From NCBI RefSeq assembly GCF_009914755.1, contig NC_060942.1: 64,000 bases of DNA; one strand, 5' to 3'. The stretch comes from the human T2T-CHM13v2.0 reference genome, Homo sapiens. Both the position numbers and the translations under genes were made by a program. Every line of letters starts with the position of its first letter. Position 1 is the stretch's first letter. The notes under the pieces were generated by a model. It was not told the DNA's origin. It saw nothing but the letters and a program-made list of their open reading frames with translations, and did no database searches. Shown one piece after another: positions 1-17,039 of the stretch.

Positions 1-2655
1 TTCTTTTTCTTTTGTTGCTCGTCATTCTGATTTAATGGTTTCCTGCAGTGGCACCATTTGTGTTCTTTCTCGTCCTAATTTGTGTGTTTCCTTTACCAGT
101 GAGTTTTATATATTCTTGTGTTATCATGATGGTGAATGTTGTCCATTCACTTCCAAATTTGGGACTTCCTTGAACATTTCTTGGACGTTCAGTCTAGTGG
201 TGATGAATTCCCTCATGTTATGTTTTTCTAGGCAAGATTTTCTTTCTCCTTCATTTATGAAGGATCATTTCGCTGGATATAGTATCCATGGCTGTCGGGG
301 TTTTTTTAACCCCCTAACAATTGGGTATATAATTTTATTCTCACTTTGCCTGTAAGGTTCCTGCTGAGAAATCTGCTGCTAGTTTAATGGAGGAATCCTT
401 TAAAGGTGACTCAACACTTTTATTGCTTTTAGAATTTTCTTTTTGTCTTTGACTTTAGACAGTTGATTATAATGTGCCTTGAAGACCTTTTTGCATTGTA
501 CCTGTTTGGGATTCTCTGGGCTTCTTGTATCTGATGTCTAAATCTCTAGCTGGCTTTGATAAGTTTTTATCTATTATTTTGTTAAATAGGTTTTCCAACC
601 CTTCTGTTTCTCTTCACTCCCCTGGGAAAACAGATAACTAGAATAATTAGTCACTTTATGGTGTCCTATAGATCATGAAGGCTCTGCTCATTCTTTTAAA
701 TTATTTTTTCTTTATTTTTTTTTGTCTGACTGGGTTATTTCAAAAGACCTGTCCTCAAGTTCTGAGATGCTTTCTTCTGCTTTATGCTATCTATTGTCAA
801 AGCTTTCATATGTATTTTGTATTCCATTCACTGAGTTCTTCAACTCCAGAATTTCTATTTGGTTCTTGTTACACTTCTATTAATATGTATTTGGTAAATT
901 TCTCATTCCTATCCCAGTTTTTTCTGATTTATTTGTATTGTTTTTCAGCATTCTCTTGTATTTCACTAAACTTGTTTAAAATGAATATTTAATTTTTTTT
1001 TTTTACAAAATTTTGTAAATTTATTTTCAATTGGGATCTGTTGCTGGAGCATTACTTTATTCCTTTGGAGGTATCATATTTCCTTTTTTATGTTCTCAGT
1101 TTTCTTATGTTGATATTCATGCACTGGTTTTAACAGTTGCTTCTTTTAATGTTTTTGAATTTGCTTTTAGAGGAGGAGATTTTTTTCCCTAAAATGCATC
1201 TATAGTTTTGGTTGGGTAGGCGATTTCTGGCTTTGATTCTGGTTTCACGCAGTAGTATAGTGTATGTATGATTTATTTCACTGTAAACAGCATCAGTGGT
1301 ATAAGTTATTTTTCTCAGTGGCTTAGGATGCACTTATTAGTGGAGGCTGCGGTGAAGTTTTCTGGGGACTTGGATGCCTGGCAGGCCAGTCTTTAGCCGC
1401 CAGTGGTGGCAAAAATAGACTGACCATGGCTGTTTTTTTGGCCCCAGAGTAGAATACTCTGAGATCAGTGTTAGCAGGTCCCAAGTGGACTAGTTCTTGG
1501 GCCTCCACATGGCTTGCTTGGATGCTAGTAGTGGCTGCAATGGACCGTGCAGGTGGGCAGATCCCTGGGCTCTTTGGTGGCTAGCATGGTGTGGGTGATG
1601 ACAGTAGCAATGGTGAGACAACCTGCTGAATCCCAAGCAGTGCACATTGGTGTTGGTGGTGGCTGTGATGGACTGGGTGGGGCAGTCTCCAGGCCTGTAG
1701 GTGGCACTTTTAGGTAGGTGTCAGCTGTGGTGGTAGTGGTAGAGTGAACAAGCCCAAGCTCAGGACCGTGGGAAGAGTGTTCAGGTGCACTCTTCAGTGG
1801 CAGACTAGGCTGGGTAATCCCCTGGCCCTGGATTGTGTGCCATGGCATGGGAGGAGTGTGAAGCCAGGCTGAGCTTGCTTGTCCTGAGGCCCCCTGCTGG
1901 TGTGTGCAGGCGCTAGCCGTAGTGGGCAGAGAAGGTATGATCCCCAGGCCTCAGGCAGAGTACTCAGGTTGAAAGATGGTAGTGACCACACTGTGGCCCT
2001 GCCACTATGGAGCATTGGACCTCTTTCAGTGGCAGCAACCCAGATTAGCAGGTGGGGAACATGCACCTTGCTTGTGCTTCAGCCACTGCAGCAATCAAGC
2101 CTTACTTCCAGTGACAGTGGCCCATGCCTCACTCATGCCTCAGCTCCAGGGGGAATAGCCTGTACTTTTCTTGTGCCTCAGCTTCAAAACTATTGGGTCC
2201 CAGAATAGTGCCTTGTCAAGTGGAGGCAGGGCTCTAAAATGGTGCCTTGCTGTAGCTGCTCAGGAGTGTGTGGAACCCAGTGCAAGCTCCCTCTCAGGAG
2301 TAGTGCTGTTGCACCATCTCCTGATAGCTGCCTATGTAAGTTTCAAGGCCCAGGGATCAAGAGGCTCTCTTATGACTGAGATTACAGAAATACATGTGAG
2401 AATGTGGACCACTGAGGGTCTTTCATTTACCCTTCCCTCACATGTGGAAGTCCCTCCTGTCTCCCACCTGAACTTGGTCAAGTAGGCTCCCTCACTTCCC
2501 TCTCCTTCCTTGCTTTAGGTGTTTCCTGTCACATTTCTGTAGAATTCCAGTGTTCTCTCTTGGATGATCTATTCAAAGTATGATTATCTACTCACTATTT
2601 TGGCTCTTCTTAGTGGAGGAGGTGAGAACAAAATGCGTCTAGTAGGCCATCTTCC
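1..2655 (-). mobile_element. Old L1 (L1MA/L1PB-age) 5'UTR and ORF1 region, running off the window start
   Basis: Minus-strand 5' end reads AAGATGGCCTACTAGACGC at ~2653. GC-rich repeated 5'UTR at ~1300-2600. Degenerate ORF1-like A-rich minus strand at 1-1200. Confidence 0.8.
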
Positions 2656-3939
2656 CCTATACCTAGAAATGTTTTAAAGTTCTTTCCTTCATATTATTTC
2701 CTTTAAAAAATACTTGACCAGCAAAACTAAAAATCATATTTCATGAGTCAATCTTAGAATATGACAAATTGACTGCTATTCACTTTCCCACCAACTTCTA
2801 AATTGTCTCCGCACCAAGCATTTACGGGGAACATCAGCTGACTAGGTACGAGTTAGGCCATCGGCTGTTTGGGCTCCAGAGGTAGGACCCAGTGTAGCTT
2901 TCTTCTTCATGGGCTGACAAGTCTACAAGAGTGTTGAGTGGAGCTCAAAGAAAGGAATGTGGCTCGCTTGGCGTGAGCTGAGCATTCAGCTCTGTGTGGA
3001 TCAGGCAGAGATGGTGGAGACTGATTTAGCTGCTAAGATAAGGTCTTATTGATTACTAATCTAGAAGCTAATCTAGAAGATTGATTACTAATCTAGAATG
3101 CAAAATCCCACGAGCAACAAAACCTCACCATGCAACGTGATTTCAGAGAGCTAGAATTTTGTCTTTCATGAGTTACACAATCCTCGTCATTAAGAATGTA
3201 TCAGTTAGATTAGACCCTCAAATCAGCAAACTGAGCAAAATAGCATTCAACCTAAAAAAGAAAAGACTCCAGCAATCTGAGACAGAAAAGACACAAGTAG
3301 AACAATTACACCATGTGCCCAGTCCTGAATTGTCTTTCATTAATTTGCTACCACACTCATTCTTTCTAAGACGTCCTCTACATTTAAGAGCAGAAATTTA
3401 GAGCTGTGTTTTTCAGATTCCTCTTCCCTGTTCAGTTTGAAGGTGGAATTTTCTCTATGAGAGAAACTTAAGTGACATCATAAAGGTAGGATGGAAATAG
3501 TTTTATTATATTCTGGAAACAGTTGCAACCATGGTATTAATTGCAGCTTCTTGGTGAGTGCTTTACTGCCACAGATGTAGAGAGATCTTAGGAATTCTCT
3601 CAGCACTCTTGAGAATGACTGTAGTTTCCTGATGTGCTTTAGGGAACAAGCTGCTTAGATACTTCAGGCTCAGTTTCTCAATATTTTCCTGATGTTCTAC
3701 CTATAGATTCACTGATTTTCTTTGGCATCTTCCTTGACTTTCATTTCTCCAGCTTTTTCAATATTCAAGTAAAGCATGATATTAAATATTGAATATCCCC
3801 CAAAATACATATAGTATGTCTATTTTACTATATGCAGTATATCTACACTGGCTATAACAAACTGTTATACCCAATGAAATAAAACTGTTGCTGAAGGAAA
3901 GAGCTGAATACCTGAATTAAAAAATAATAATAATGAAAG

Positions 3940-4330
3940 ATTCAAGTATAATGTGTATGTGTGTATGCATTTCTGGAGCTTCAACAATGATTTTGAAAAA
4001 AAAATTGGTACATGAATTAAGGGAGAGGACTGCCATTGTTGAGACCCAAGATAATAACCTGAAAACCAAGTACAGGAAATCTCACAAAGAAAGCAACAAA
4101 AATATTAGAAATCAAAAATTATAAAAGACAAGAGACATAGAGGATATTCATATATGTACCTAACCATCCAAAGAATGACAATTATTAAACAAATACTCAG
4201 AGAAAAGGTCCTTGGCCTTTGAAGAGGACTGCAGATCAAAGGGGCACACCAAAATCATCTTGAATTAGAAAACGAAGTACACATCTAGTCATATGCTAAT
4301 AAAAATAGTGAACTCTAAGGATAAATACAA
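3940..4330 (+). mobile_element. Degenerate L1M ORF1 fragment
   Basis: Motifs cagatcaaaggggcacacc and acatctagtcatat resemble old L1 ORF1. Confidence 0.35.
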
Positions 4331-5394
4331 ACAAGTGTTTAACCATATTCCCTGCAGATAGAACAAAACAAAACACTCATATATTTGTTTTAAATCACTG
4401 CCACACTTCTGTATGCCAGTGTGGTTTCATTACTGTGCAATTTTCTCAAAGATTCCGACTTCAGGGAATGTCCTCCCTGGCCAAGAGTTCATTGGTCTGT
4501 CAAAGGCAAATAAGTTATTCTTCCTTAATATTTATAGTTCTAAACTAAACTGAAGAAAAAGCTGTGATAATTTGAAACTTACTCTCCAGAATTCCAAATG
4601 TTAGAATCAAAGGTAAAACCTATCTCTAGATTAAATCTTATTACTTGATTAATCTAAAAATAAATAATGAGAAGGAAATTTTAGGATATCAGATTTGTAG
4701 ACATCAGAAGAGGTCCACTGTCCCTTTATTCTCTACTAAAAAAAAGATAATGTCTATTTATTTTTTAAATATGTATTTATTTATATACATTAAATATTAC
4801 CACACTGCTTTTGTCCCTCTGTGAGATTTAAATCTTTTTTAATGTTCGACCCAAAGTAGGTCCCCTGAGTGGAGCAGAAATAGGATTTTGCCAACAGAAA
4901 GTTATCTGCTTAAAAGGAGCAGTGGAAAGGTAATGTTCACATACTCTGGTTACTTGAAGAAAAGGTAAGAAATGTATGTAATCATATTTCTATTACCTCA
5001 TCTGAAGAGTATTTACTAGATAATTTCTTGGTATTGGGTAATAATGTTTAAGCATCGTTTTTCAAACAATTATTTAAAAGGCTTTATGACAGTAATTTGT
5101 ATATATAACATGTTCTATTTGTATCAGTATGAAACTTCTTTATTTAGTGAAATGGTTGTGGAAGTTATTTGTGCTTCTTGAAGGAGAAGCCTTAAGATCC
5201 AGGGTATGCTTTGCCATTTATCTTTAATTTATTCCTGCAATATTTCATATAAATGCTTTTCAGTCAGCCTAGATCCCCAGGTAATCCTCAACAGACATGT
5301 GCATGAGTAAGAAATAAACTGTTCGCCTTTTTAACGAATGAGTTTTATTTTTTTTATTTTTGCTTGGCCATGGTAGATACTTTTATACGACCTT

Positions 5395-5590
5395 TATGCA
5401 GATACAATTCACATACCATAAAATTCATCCTTTTAAAGAGAACAGTTCAGAGCTTTCAGAATGTGCACAGGTTGTATGCTAGTCACCATTATCTAATTCT
5501 AGAATATCTTTTTATCACTCCAATAGTAAGTTCCAACCCCATTAATAGTCACTTCCTATTTGCCCCTCTCCCATCCCCTGGCAACCACCA

Positions 5591-5592
<2 letters not shown>
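5395..5592 (-). mobile_element. L1MB-like 3' end fragment
   Basis: gatacaattcacataccataaaattcatcctttt...cccctggcaaccac is typical of an L1MB 3' end read in antisense. Confidence 0.7.
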
Positions 5593-7860
<2,268 letters not shown>

Positions 7861-8164
7861 TAATTCAGTTTTTAAGGCAAATAAAGCAAAATATGTCACT
7901 CAATTCATAACAACTATGATATTTTTGAAGTTTCCTCCTATTTTACTACTAAACTTGCCCCATGGAAGAACTATATTCATTTACTTCATATTTATAAGCC
8001 AAGTATTATTCTCTTTGCTAAAAATCTTCCCTTTAAAATATTTGGTGGTTCTATTTTAAGTTCTTAGAGAAATTTCCAAACCACTTTACAAATCAAAAGT
8101 TCTTTAAGTAATTTCCAAGCTGTTTTTAATAGAGTATTATTCTATTTGCTAAAATATACCATTT

Positions 8165-9267
8165 AAAATATTTGGTAGTTCTGTTTTAACTCCTTTGAAA
8201 AATTTCTAAACCATTTTCCACAATGGCTGAATGAATTTGCATTTCTACCAGCAGTGTATAAGTGTTTCCTTTTCTCTGCAGCCTCATCAGCATCTGTTAC
8301 TTTTTGATTTCTTAATAAAAGCCATTCTGATTTATGTGAGATGGTATCTCATTTTAATTTTAATGGTAGTTTTAATTTGCATTTCTTTGATGATCAGTGA
8401 TGTTGAGCATTTTTTCATCTGTTTGTTGGTGCTTACATGTCTTCTTTTGAGAAGTGTCTGTTCATGTCTTTTGCCCACTTTTTAATGGGGTCTTTTTTTT
8501 GAGTTGTGTAAGTTTCCTATAGATTCTGTATATTAGACCTTTGTCAAATGCATTGTTGGTGAATATTTTCTCCCATTCTGTAGGTTTTCTATCTACTCTA
8601 TTGATAGTTTCTTTTGCTGTGCAGAAGCTCTTTAGTTTAATTAGGCTACATTTGTTAATTTTTGTTTTTGTTGCAATTGCTTTTGGAATCTTCATCATGA
8701 AATCTTTGCCAAGGCCTATGTCCAGAATGGTATTTACTAGGGTTTCTCCAGTAATCCCATTACTGGGTATGTACCCAAAGGAATATAAAACATTCTACCA
8801 CAAAGATGCATTCACTTGTATGTTCATTGCAGCACTTTTCACAATAGCCTAACAAGAGTGGGTTGGATAAAGAAAATGTGGTACATATATACCATGGAAT
8901 ATTACGCAGTTATAAAAGAAATCATGTCCTTTGCAGCAGCATGGGTGCAGCAGGAAGCCAACATCTTAAGCAAGTTAATGTAGGAACAGAAAACCAAATA
9001 CCTTCTTTTCACAGTTTAGTAAGTGAAAGCTAAACATTGAGTGCACATAGTCACAAAGAAGGATATAATAGACCCTGGGACTTACCTGAGGGTGGAGGGT
9101 GAAAGGAGCGTGAGAATTGAAAAACCACCTGTCATATGCTATGCTCATTACCTAAGTGACAAAATCATTTGTACACAAAACCCCAGCACACACCATTTAC
9201 CCAAATAACAAAATTGCACATGTACCACCTGGACCTAAAATAAAAGTTGGAAGAGCAAAAATATTTG
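8165..9267 (+). mobile_element. L1PA13-16-like 5'-inverted, truncated L1 with TSD aaaatatttg
   Basis: Antisense ORF2 at ~8175-8748, then sense 3' end from ~8749 to cctaaaataaaagttgg. TSD at 8165-8174 and 9258-9267, at a TT/AAAA site. Confidence 0.85.
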
Positions 9268-9647
9268 AGAGTTCCATACTACACAGAGTGAGCTGGAACA
9301 AGGTACATTTTGGAAGTATCTCAAAATATAAATATTTCAGATTATTTCAAATATAAAGGGCTACTAAACTGCTGAATGGAGTTTATTGGGACTGTTCAAA
9401 AAATTATTAGGACTATTAAAACAATTGAAACTCAAAAAAGAAATTAAGAAAGCAATCCCATTTATAATAGCAACAAAAATAGTGAAATACTTAGGAAAAA
9501 TTTAACCAGTTTAACCAAGGAACAACCTGTAACCTGAAAAATATTAAACACTGATGAGAGAAGTTGAACAAGACACAACTAGAAATGAAAAGATATCCCA
9601 AGTTCATAGAGTGGAAAAACAAATACCATTAAAATTTTCATACGACC

Positions 9648-10523
9648 TGTAATAGTCATTTCTTTTCTCACACATATGAGCATAGGCTGTTAGATGCACC
9701 CAGGGCACATCTTGAATGCTTTGCTGCTTAGAAATTTCTTCTTCTGGATAACCTAAACCATCACTCTCAAGTTCAATTTTCCCCAGATTCCTAGAGCAGG
9801 GGCACAATGTAGCCAAGTTCTTTGCTAAAGCATAGCAAAAGTGAACTTTGTTCCAATTCCCAATAATTTTCTCATCTCCACTGAGACCTCATCAGCCCGG
9901 CCATCTCTGTCCACATCATTATTAGCATTTGGGTCACAATGATTCAACAAGTCCTTATGAAGTTCCAAATTCTCTCTCATCTTCCTGTCTTCTTCTTAAC
10001 CCTTCACATTCTTCCAACCTCTGCCTGTTACCCAGTTCCAAAGTTGCTTTCACATTTTCAGGTATCTTTATAGCCATGCCCAACTCCTCAGTACTATTTT
10101 TCTGTATTAGTCCATTCTCATATTGCTATAGAGAAATACCTGAGACTGATAAATTTATAAAGAAAAGAGGTTTACTTGGTTCACAGTTCCACAGGCTGTA
10201 CAGAAAGCATGACACTGGCATCTTCTCAGCTCCCAGGGGAGTGCTCAGTAAACTTACAATCATGGCAGAAGGCCAAGGGGGAGCCAGTACTTTGCATAGC
10301 CAGGACAGAAAGAAGAAAGAGAAGGGGGAGGTGCTACACAATTTTAAACAACTAGGTTTTGTGAGAACTCTATCAGTATACAGTACCAAGGGAGGATGGT
10401 GCTAAATCATTCATGACGAATCTACCCCCATGGTTTAATCACCTTCTACCAGTCCCACCTCCAACACTGAAGATTACAATTCAACATGAGATTTGGTTGG
10501 GGACACAAATCCAAACCATATTG
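9648..10523 (-). mobile_element. MST MaLR: complete LTR (10103-10523), partial internal region and a stub of the other LTR
   Basis: LTR reads tgtattagtccattctc...ccaaaccata. MST-int text at 9665-10100. Diverged 5-bp TSD cgacc/ctgcc, from the L1 sequence CTACC. Confidence 0.88.
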
Positions 10524-11541
10524 CTGCCCAAAGTGATCTACAGATTAAATATAATCCCTATTAAGATTTTAAAGGCATTTTTTACAGAAATAGAAAACAC
10601 AATCTTAAAATTCAAAAGGAACCTTAGAAGACCCTGAATAGGCAAACCAATCTTGAGTAAACAGAACAAAGCTGGCTGAATCACACTATCAGATTTCAAA
10701 ATATACTACAAAGCTAATATACTACAAAGCTATTTTCTGCCAATACCATGCTGTAATCAAAACAGCATCGTATTGGCAGGAAAACACAGAAACCAATGAA
10801 ACAGATCAAAGAGTCTAGAAATAAACCCACAAATATAGATTAACTGGTCTTCAACAAGTGCTCTGAGAATACCAAATAAGGAAAAGGATAGTCTCCTCAA
10901 TAAATGGTATCAGTATATCTGGCTATCCACATAGAACAATAAAATTAGACCCTTAGCTCACACCATATAAAAATATCAACTCAAAATGGAGTAGACTCAA
11001 AGGTAAGTCTTGAAGCTATAAAACTAAAAGAAAACATAAGAAAAAACCTCCTTGACATTGGTCTAGGCGATGAGCTTTTGGACATGACCTCAAAAACACG
11101 GGAAACAAATGAAAAAATAGATTATTGGGATTATATCAAGCTACAAAGCTTCTTCACAGCCAAAAAAAGCAATCAACAGTGAAGAGTCAACTTAAGGAAT
11201 GAAAGAAATTATTTGCAAGCCATACATCTAATAAGTCCTACAACTCAATAGGAAAAATAGATAAATAAGTAAACCAATTTAAAAGTGGGCAAAGAACCTA
11301 GATAGACATTTCTCCAAATAAGGCATCTAAATGCTAACATGCATATTAAAAAGGTATTCAACATCATTAGTCATCAAGGAAATGCAAATCAAAACCATGA
11401 TGAGATATATATCATCTCATAACTGTTAGTATAGATATTTTTTTAAATATAAAAGATTATTGAAGAATGGAGAAAAATGAACCATTGTGGATGTTGGGGG
11501 GAGTATAAACTGGTGCATTCATTATCATAAACAGTGTGCAG

Positions 11542-11843
11542 TGTGTAAGGCCATTCTTGCATTACTATGAAGGAATACCTGAGGCCAGGTAATTCGTAAT
11601 GAAAAGAGGTTTAATTTGCTCATGTTTCTGCATGCTATAGAAGCATGGTGCTGGCATCTGCTCAGCTTCTAGGGTGGCCTCAGGAAGCTTACAATTGTGG
11701 CACAAAGCTACCTGGGAGCAGCTGCGTCACATGGCCACAACAGGAGAAAAAAAGAGAGTGGGAGGGGTGTTGTCACACACCTTTAAACAATCAAATCTCA
11801 TGAAAACTCACTATCTTGAGGACAGTACTGAGCTGTGAAGGGA
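11542..11843 (-). mobile_element. MSTB-like partial solo LTR
   Basis: tgtgtaaggccattcttgcatt...gcctcaggaagcttacaat; L1 resumes at attcctcaaaaaaatt. Confidence 0.85.
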
Positions 11844-13199
11844 GATTCCTCAAAAAAATTAAAAGCAGAACTACCAAATGATGCAGCAGTTTCTCTTCTG
11901 GGTATTTATTTTAAAGAATAGAAATAATGATCTCACAGAGATACTTGCATTCCCATGTTCATTTCAGCATTAGTCACAATAAGTACAATATGGAATCAAC
12001 CTAAATGTTCATTAAAGGACAAATTAATAAAGAAAATGTGTATATACATGAAGTGGAATATAATTTGGCCTTTAAAAAGAAGGAAATTCTACCATTTGTG
12101 ACAACATGGTTGGACTTGGAGGACCATATAGTAAGTGAAACAAGCCAGACACAGAAAGACAAGTCCTGTATCATCTCACCTATATGTGGAATACACAATA
12201 GTGAAACTAGAAGCAGAGAGTAGAATGCTGATTGCCAGGGGCTGTGGTGAAGGCATGTGTGGGGTGGGACATGGTGAGATGATGATCATAATGTACAAAA
12301 TGTCACTTATGCAAGTTCTAATGCACAGCATAGTGTCTATCTCTAACAATATTGCATTGTATAAAGTTTTCTAAGAGAGTAGATCTTATGTTAAGTGTTC
12401 TTACCACACACATACACAAATATAATAATAACAAAAGAGAGTAGGAGAAAATGGAGGTAACACATATGTGTATGACCTTGGTGGTGATATTTTCACAGGT
12501 ATATACTTCTCTTCAAGCTCATTAAGTTGAACGTATTAAATATGTACATCTTTTAATATGCCAATTATACAAAATAAAGTGATATTTAAAAATGTTCATT
12601 CTCTACTAAAAATTTAAATTTATTTTTGAACATTAAAAACAAATGTCATCAATTTCCTGTAAACTTGTCTTAATATTCAGTGTTATTAGCTGATTCAAGG
12701 ATCTGTCATCATGCTCACCTTTAGATCAACAAGTGGCAATCTATGTTCTATCTGTATATTGTTAAGCTTAGGAAATTAATTGAATGAGACTTTATTAGTC
12801 TCTGACATTGTGAATTCTACACAATTTATGTCCAATGGCCTCACACTTTATACAGCATTTCACTAAATAGCACAGAAAGCATTGATGGAGCTCTCATTCA
12901 CTTAGGTTTATCAGCCACACGTTCCAGGCAAAACTTGCTGAGTTTGAGGTCAGAATATTTGCACCATCTGAGAAGATGCAAAAGTAATTTCTTCCATGTA
13001 TCTTGATTGTTGTGACTTCAAATAATATCTTTAAATGAGAAAGTTTTATTTGATTTACTATTTTCCTAATCAATCTACAATAGCCATTGATGTTTATCAA
13101 TCAATGGCATTTTGTAGGCATTTTGTAGGCATACCATAGAATACTATATTGTTTTTATTTTTAAGATTCAAATACAGACATTAGTTTGTATACAAATGT

Positions 13200-13373
<174 letters not shown>

Positions 13374-14149
13374 AGATTCATTTAAAATTAATTGTTTCAC
13401 ACGAGGAAATACTCTATTAAAACATTGCATATTGTGATTCATTTACTAAGGTATGTATATAAATACAAGGTCTTATGAGACATTCTATAATTGACTGAGA
13501 ATAAATTTCATTTGAATTGATTGCTGTTTAATCCATTGTGTTCATCTAGAGGGGCTATATTAAAAACACACAAAAAGTTAAAGACTTATCTTGAAAACTA
13601 GCTTTTCTTGCAGAACCTGTTGGGTGACTTCTATAGATGAACTTACCAAAAGTCATAAAGTTACTTAAACAACAGAATGTATTATTTTTAATGATGGCAC
13701 CTATCCACACACAAAAACTAAATAATGTATATACACATATAGATATAGACACACACATTTTTAGTTGTGATATGCTAAAGAAATTTCAAAGTCTCAATAG
13801 AAATCATTACTTCCTTATCACTGTTGAAAACAGTGCAGCATTGTGCAACCTCTTTACAGATTCTGACCAATAAAATGAACTTACAGGCTGCGTGTTTGCT
13901 AGAGTCAGAAGAAAATATGTGTTCATTGGCTTCAGAATTCAATAGATATTTTGATTATTCTTTCCTTTTTTGATAGTAAAGAAAGAGATGGTTTTATTGT
14001 CTCTGCAAAATGGAAAAATAGCTCTCAAACAACCCCTGGGCCCTTTATTCATTGCCATGTCCAAGCATGAGCCACCATTTTTCCTCCAAATTCTATCAAA
14101 TTAAGAATAGGCTATTCCCATAAATTCAAGCATTGGAGGATTCTGAGAT

Positions 14150-15130
<981 letters not shown>

Positions 15131-15149
15131 ATTAACATCACTGCCCAGT

Positions 15150-16385
15150 GTTGATGGAAGTCTAGGTTTTACTTTTGGCCTCCATTGACCCAGATGGGGA
15201 GGAGATTTGCATTATTGCTGCTGGTGTAGGAGTTTCACTCTCCCGAAGTCCTGCTTTGATACAACCCTGGTTCTCCACTACTCCTCTGCTGACCTACCCC
15301 AACAGGGAGGGTGAAAGGTGTCTCTTTACCTCTGAGTACCTGTGGGAGTGAAATGGGAGCGGTCCGTGATTCCCCTCGCGGGATGTGTGACAGGGTGTCA
15401 CCTGCTTGGTCACCCTGCAGCTCAAACTCCTAGGGAGAGCATGCCTGCAGATGACAGATGGAGAGGCCTGCAGGAGCGCTTTTGGGCTCCAGCCCCACAG
15501 CAGCGTCTAGGGGGTGGTGTCTGTGACTCCCGAGGTCCAAGTGGGCACATGTTACTAAGTGCTTTTAGATTTGCCATCTGCAGACCACTTGTGTGTTAAT
15601 CAGCTCAGTGGACCCTCTGTCTTACTGCAAGGGCAGGCACCAGTGTGGCAGCCTTTTGTAACCCAGGTCCTTGCCCAGTGTACCGGAAGACTCAGACCAC
15701 ACATAGGCTTTAAGGATGAGTGCAAAATTTTATTGAGTGATGGAGGTGGCTCAAAGCGAGATGGATGGGGAGCCAGAATGGGTGGATGGAGTGGGAAGGT
15801 GGTCTTTTCCTGGTGTCAGGCTGCCCAGCCACCGGACTCTTCTCTGACCACCCCCACTGAACTCCCCTCTGCATCCAGACATCCCTTCTCTTCTCTCTTT
15901 CTCTGCCACGTTGTTAGACCATTGCTGATCTGCTGGTCCCAACGTTCAGCCATTTGTGTGTGTGCCTGCTAAGGTCTCAGGTTTATATGGGGGGAGGATG
16001 AAGGTGTGGTGGGCCAAAAGGCAACTTTTTGGGTGTGTAGACAGAAATGACTGTCCTCATTTAGGGTCACAGGTCTTCAGGCTTTAGGGTGGGGCCTTTG
16101 CCAGGAATCTGCCCTCTTCTACCCAGTATTTCCCTCTCTCCTGTCCATATCAGAAGTGCAGACTCCTCACCTGGTCTCCACTGACATTAGGCAGAGGGGC
16201 TTGGTACTGCCTCACAGGAATGAATATGCCTTCTCTGACACCACCAGGTTGTTTGAGGTGCCTGCTGTAGTCAGACAAACATGAAAGTGTAGGCGTCACA
16301 CCAGGATGAGGACTGGGGTAGGACTGCTGTTTTCTGTGGTTTGGCTGGAGTGATGCAGTTATTGTCTAAAAATTTTCTGTGGGCC
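15150..16385 (-). mobile_element. L1MC/L1MD-type 5' region fragment, host of the LTR below
   Basis: Motif tggctggagt...gttattgtctaaaaattttctgt and repeated cctccattgac/ctccactgac units. Confidence 0.55.
15349..16152 (-). mobile_element. ERV1 solo LTR (LTR1/LTR28/MER52 group)
   Basis: TG...CA termini. Minus strand starts TGATATGGACAGGAGAGAGGGAAATACTGGGTAGAAGAGGGC. 4-bp TSD ggag/gaag. Confidence 0.85.
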
Positions 16386-17039
16386 TTATGGGGGTTTACA
16401 GGAGAAGACGGTAAAGTCTCATGTATTAAAATTTTACCTGTTGGACCTTATTTTTTAATCAATTCTAAAATATAAAAAATTCAAGAGGCACTTTTAAAAA
16501 AATTTAAACCCTTCAACAAACTTTAACTATTATCATTATAAATTACTTGCATTCATGAATCTATTTATTTTGTTTGTATGCACATAACTGTTTCCATGTG
16601 ATTCCTTAGGAACAGTGTCAGAGCTGAACTGTGATATGATATATAAATTAAATAAAAGACAAAAAAGTTTTGTACATTTCTCCCAATTTTTTAATCTTGT
16701 GCACTTTGTAATTTTTAATTTAATTCTTCCGAAAAGTGCCAATGGTATGTCCGTATGCATGTGCACATACTTAGTAATTAAAATACATTAGTCAAGCAAT
16801 GAAAATAAAGTTTTGGACTTCATTTTCCATTAATTTTTTAGTTTATCATAATAAAATGGAACTGTATAGAACAGAATCAGATAACTATTTTTGCTTATCA
16901 TTAATTTTAATCATGCAAGCTCTCGTTAAAATGTGTAAAATTTGTTTTATATTACTAAAATTCAGATATAAACATTGAAAGCAATTTTTGATAAGATTCT
17001 TAAATGAGGAGTAAGTAAATTTCATCTCAAAAATCCTGA

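Larger units (their letters stand above)
9410..12592 (+). mobile_element. L1MA9/L1MB-like ORF2 3' half and 3'UTR, interrupted by two MST elements
   Basis: ORF2 C-terminal motifs; ORF 12005-12223 is typical L1 3' text; ends in aataaag...aaaaa. Confidence 0.85.
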
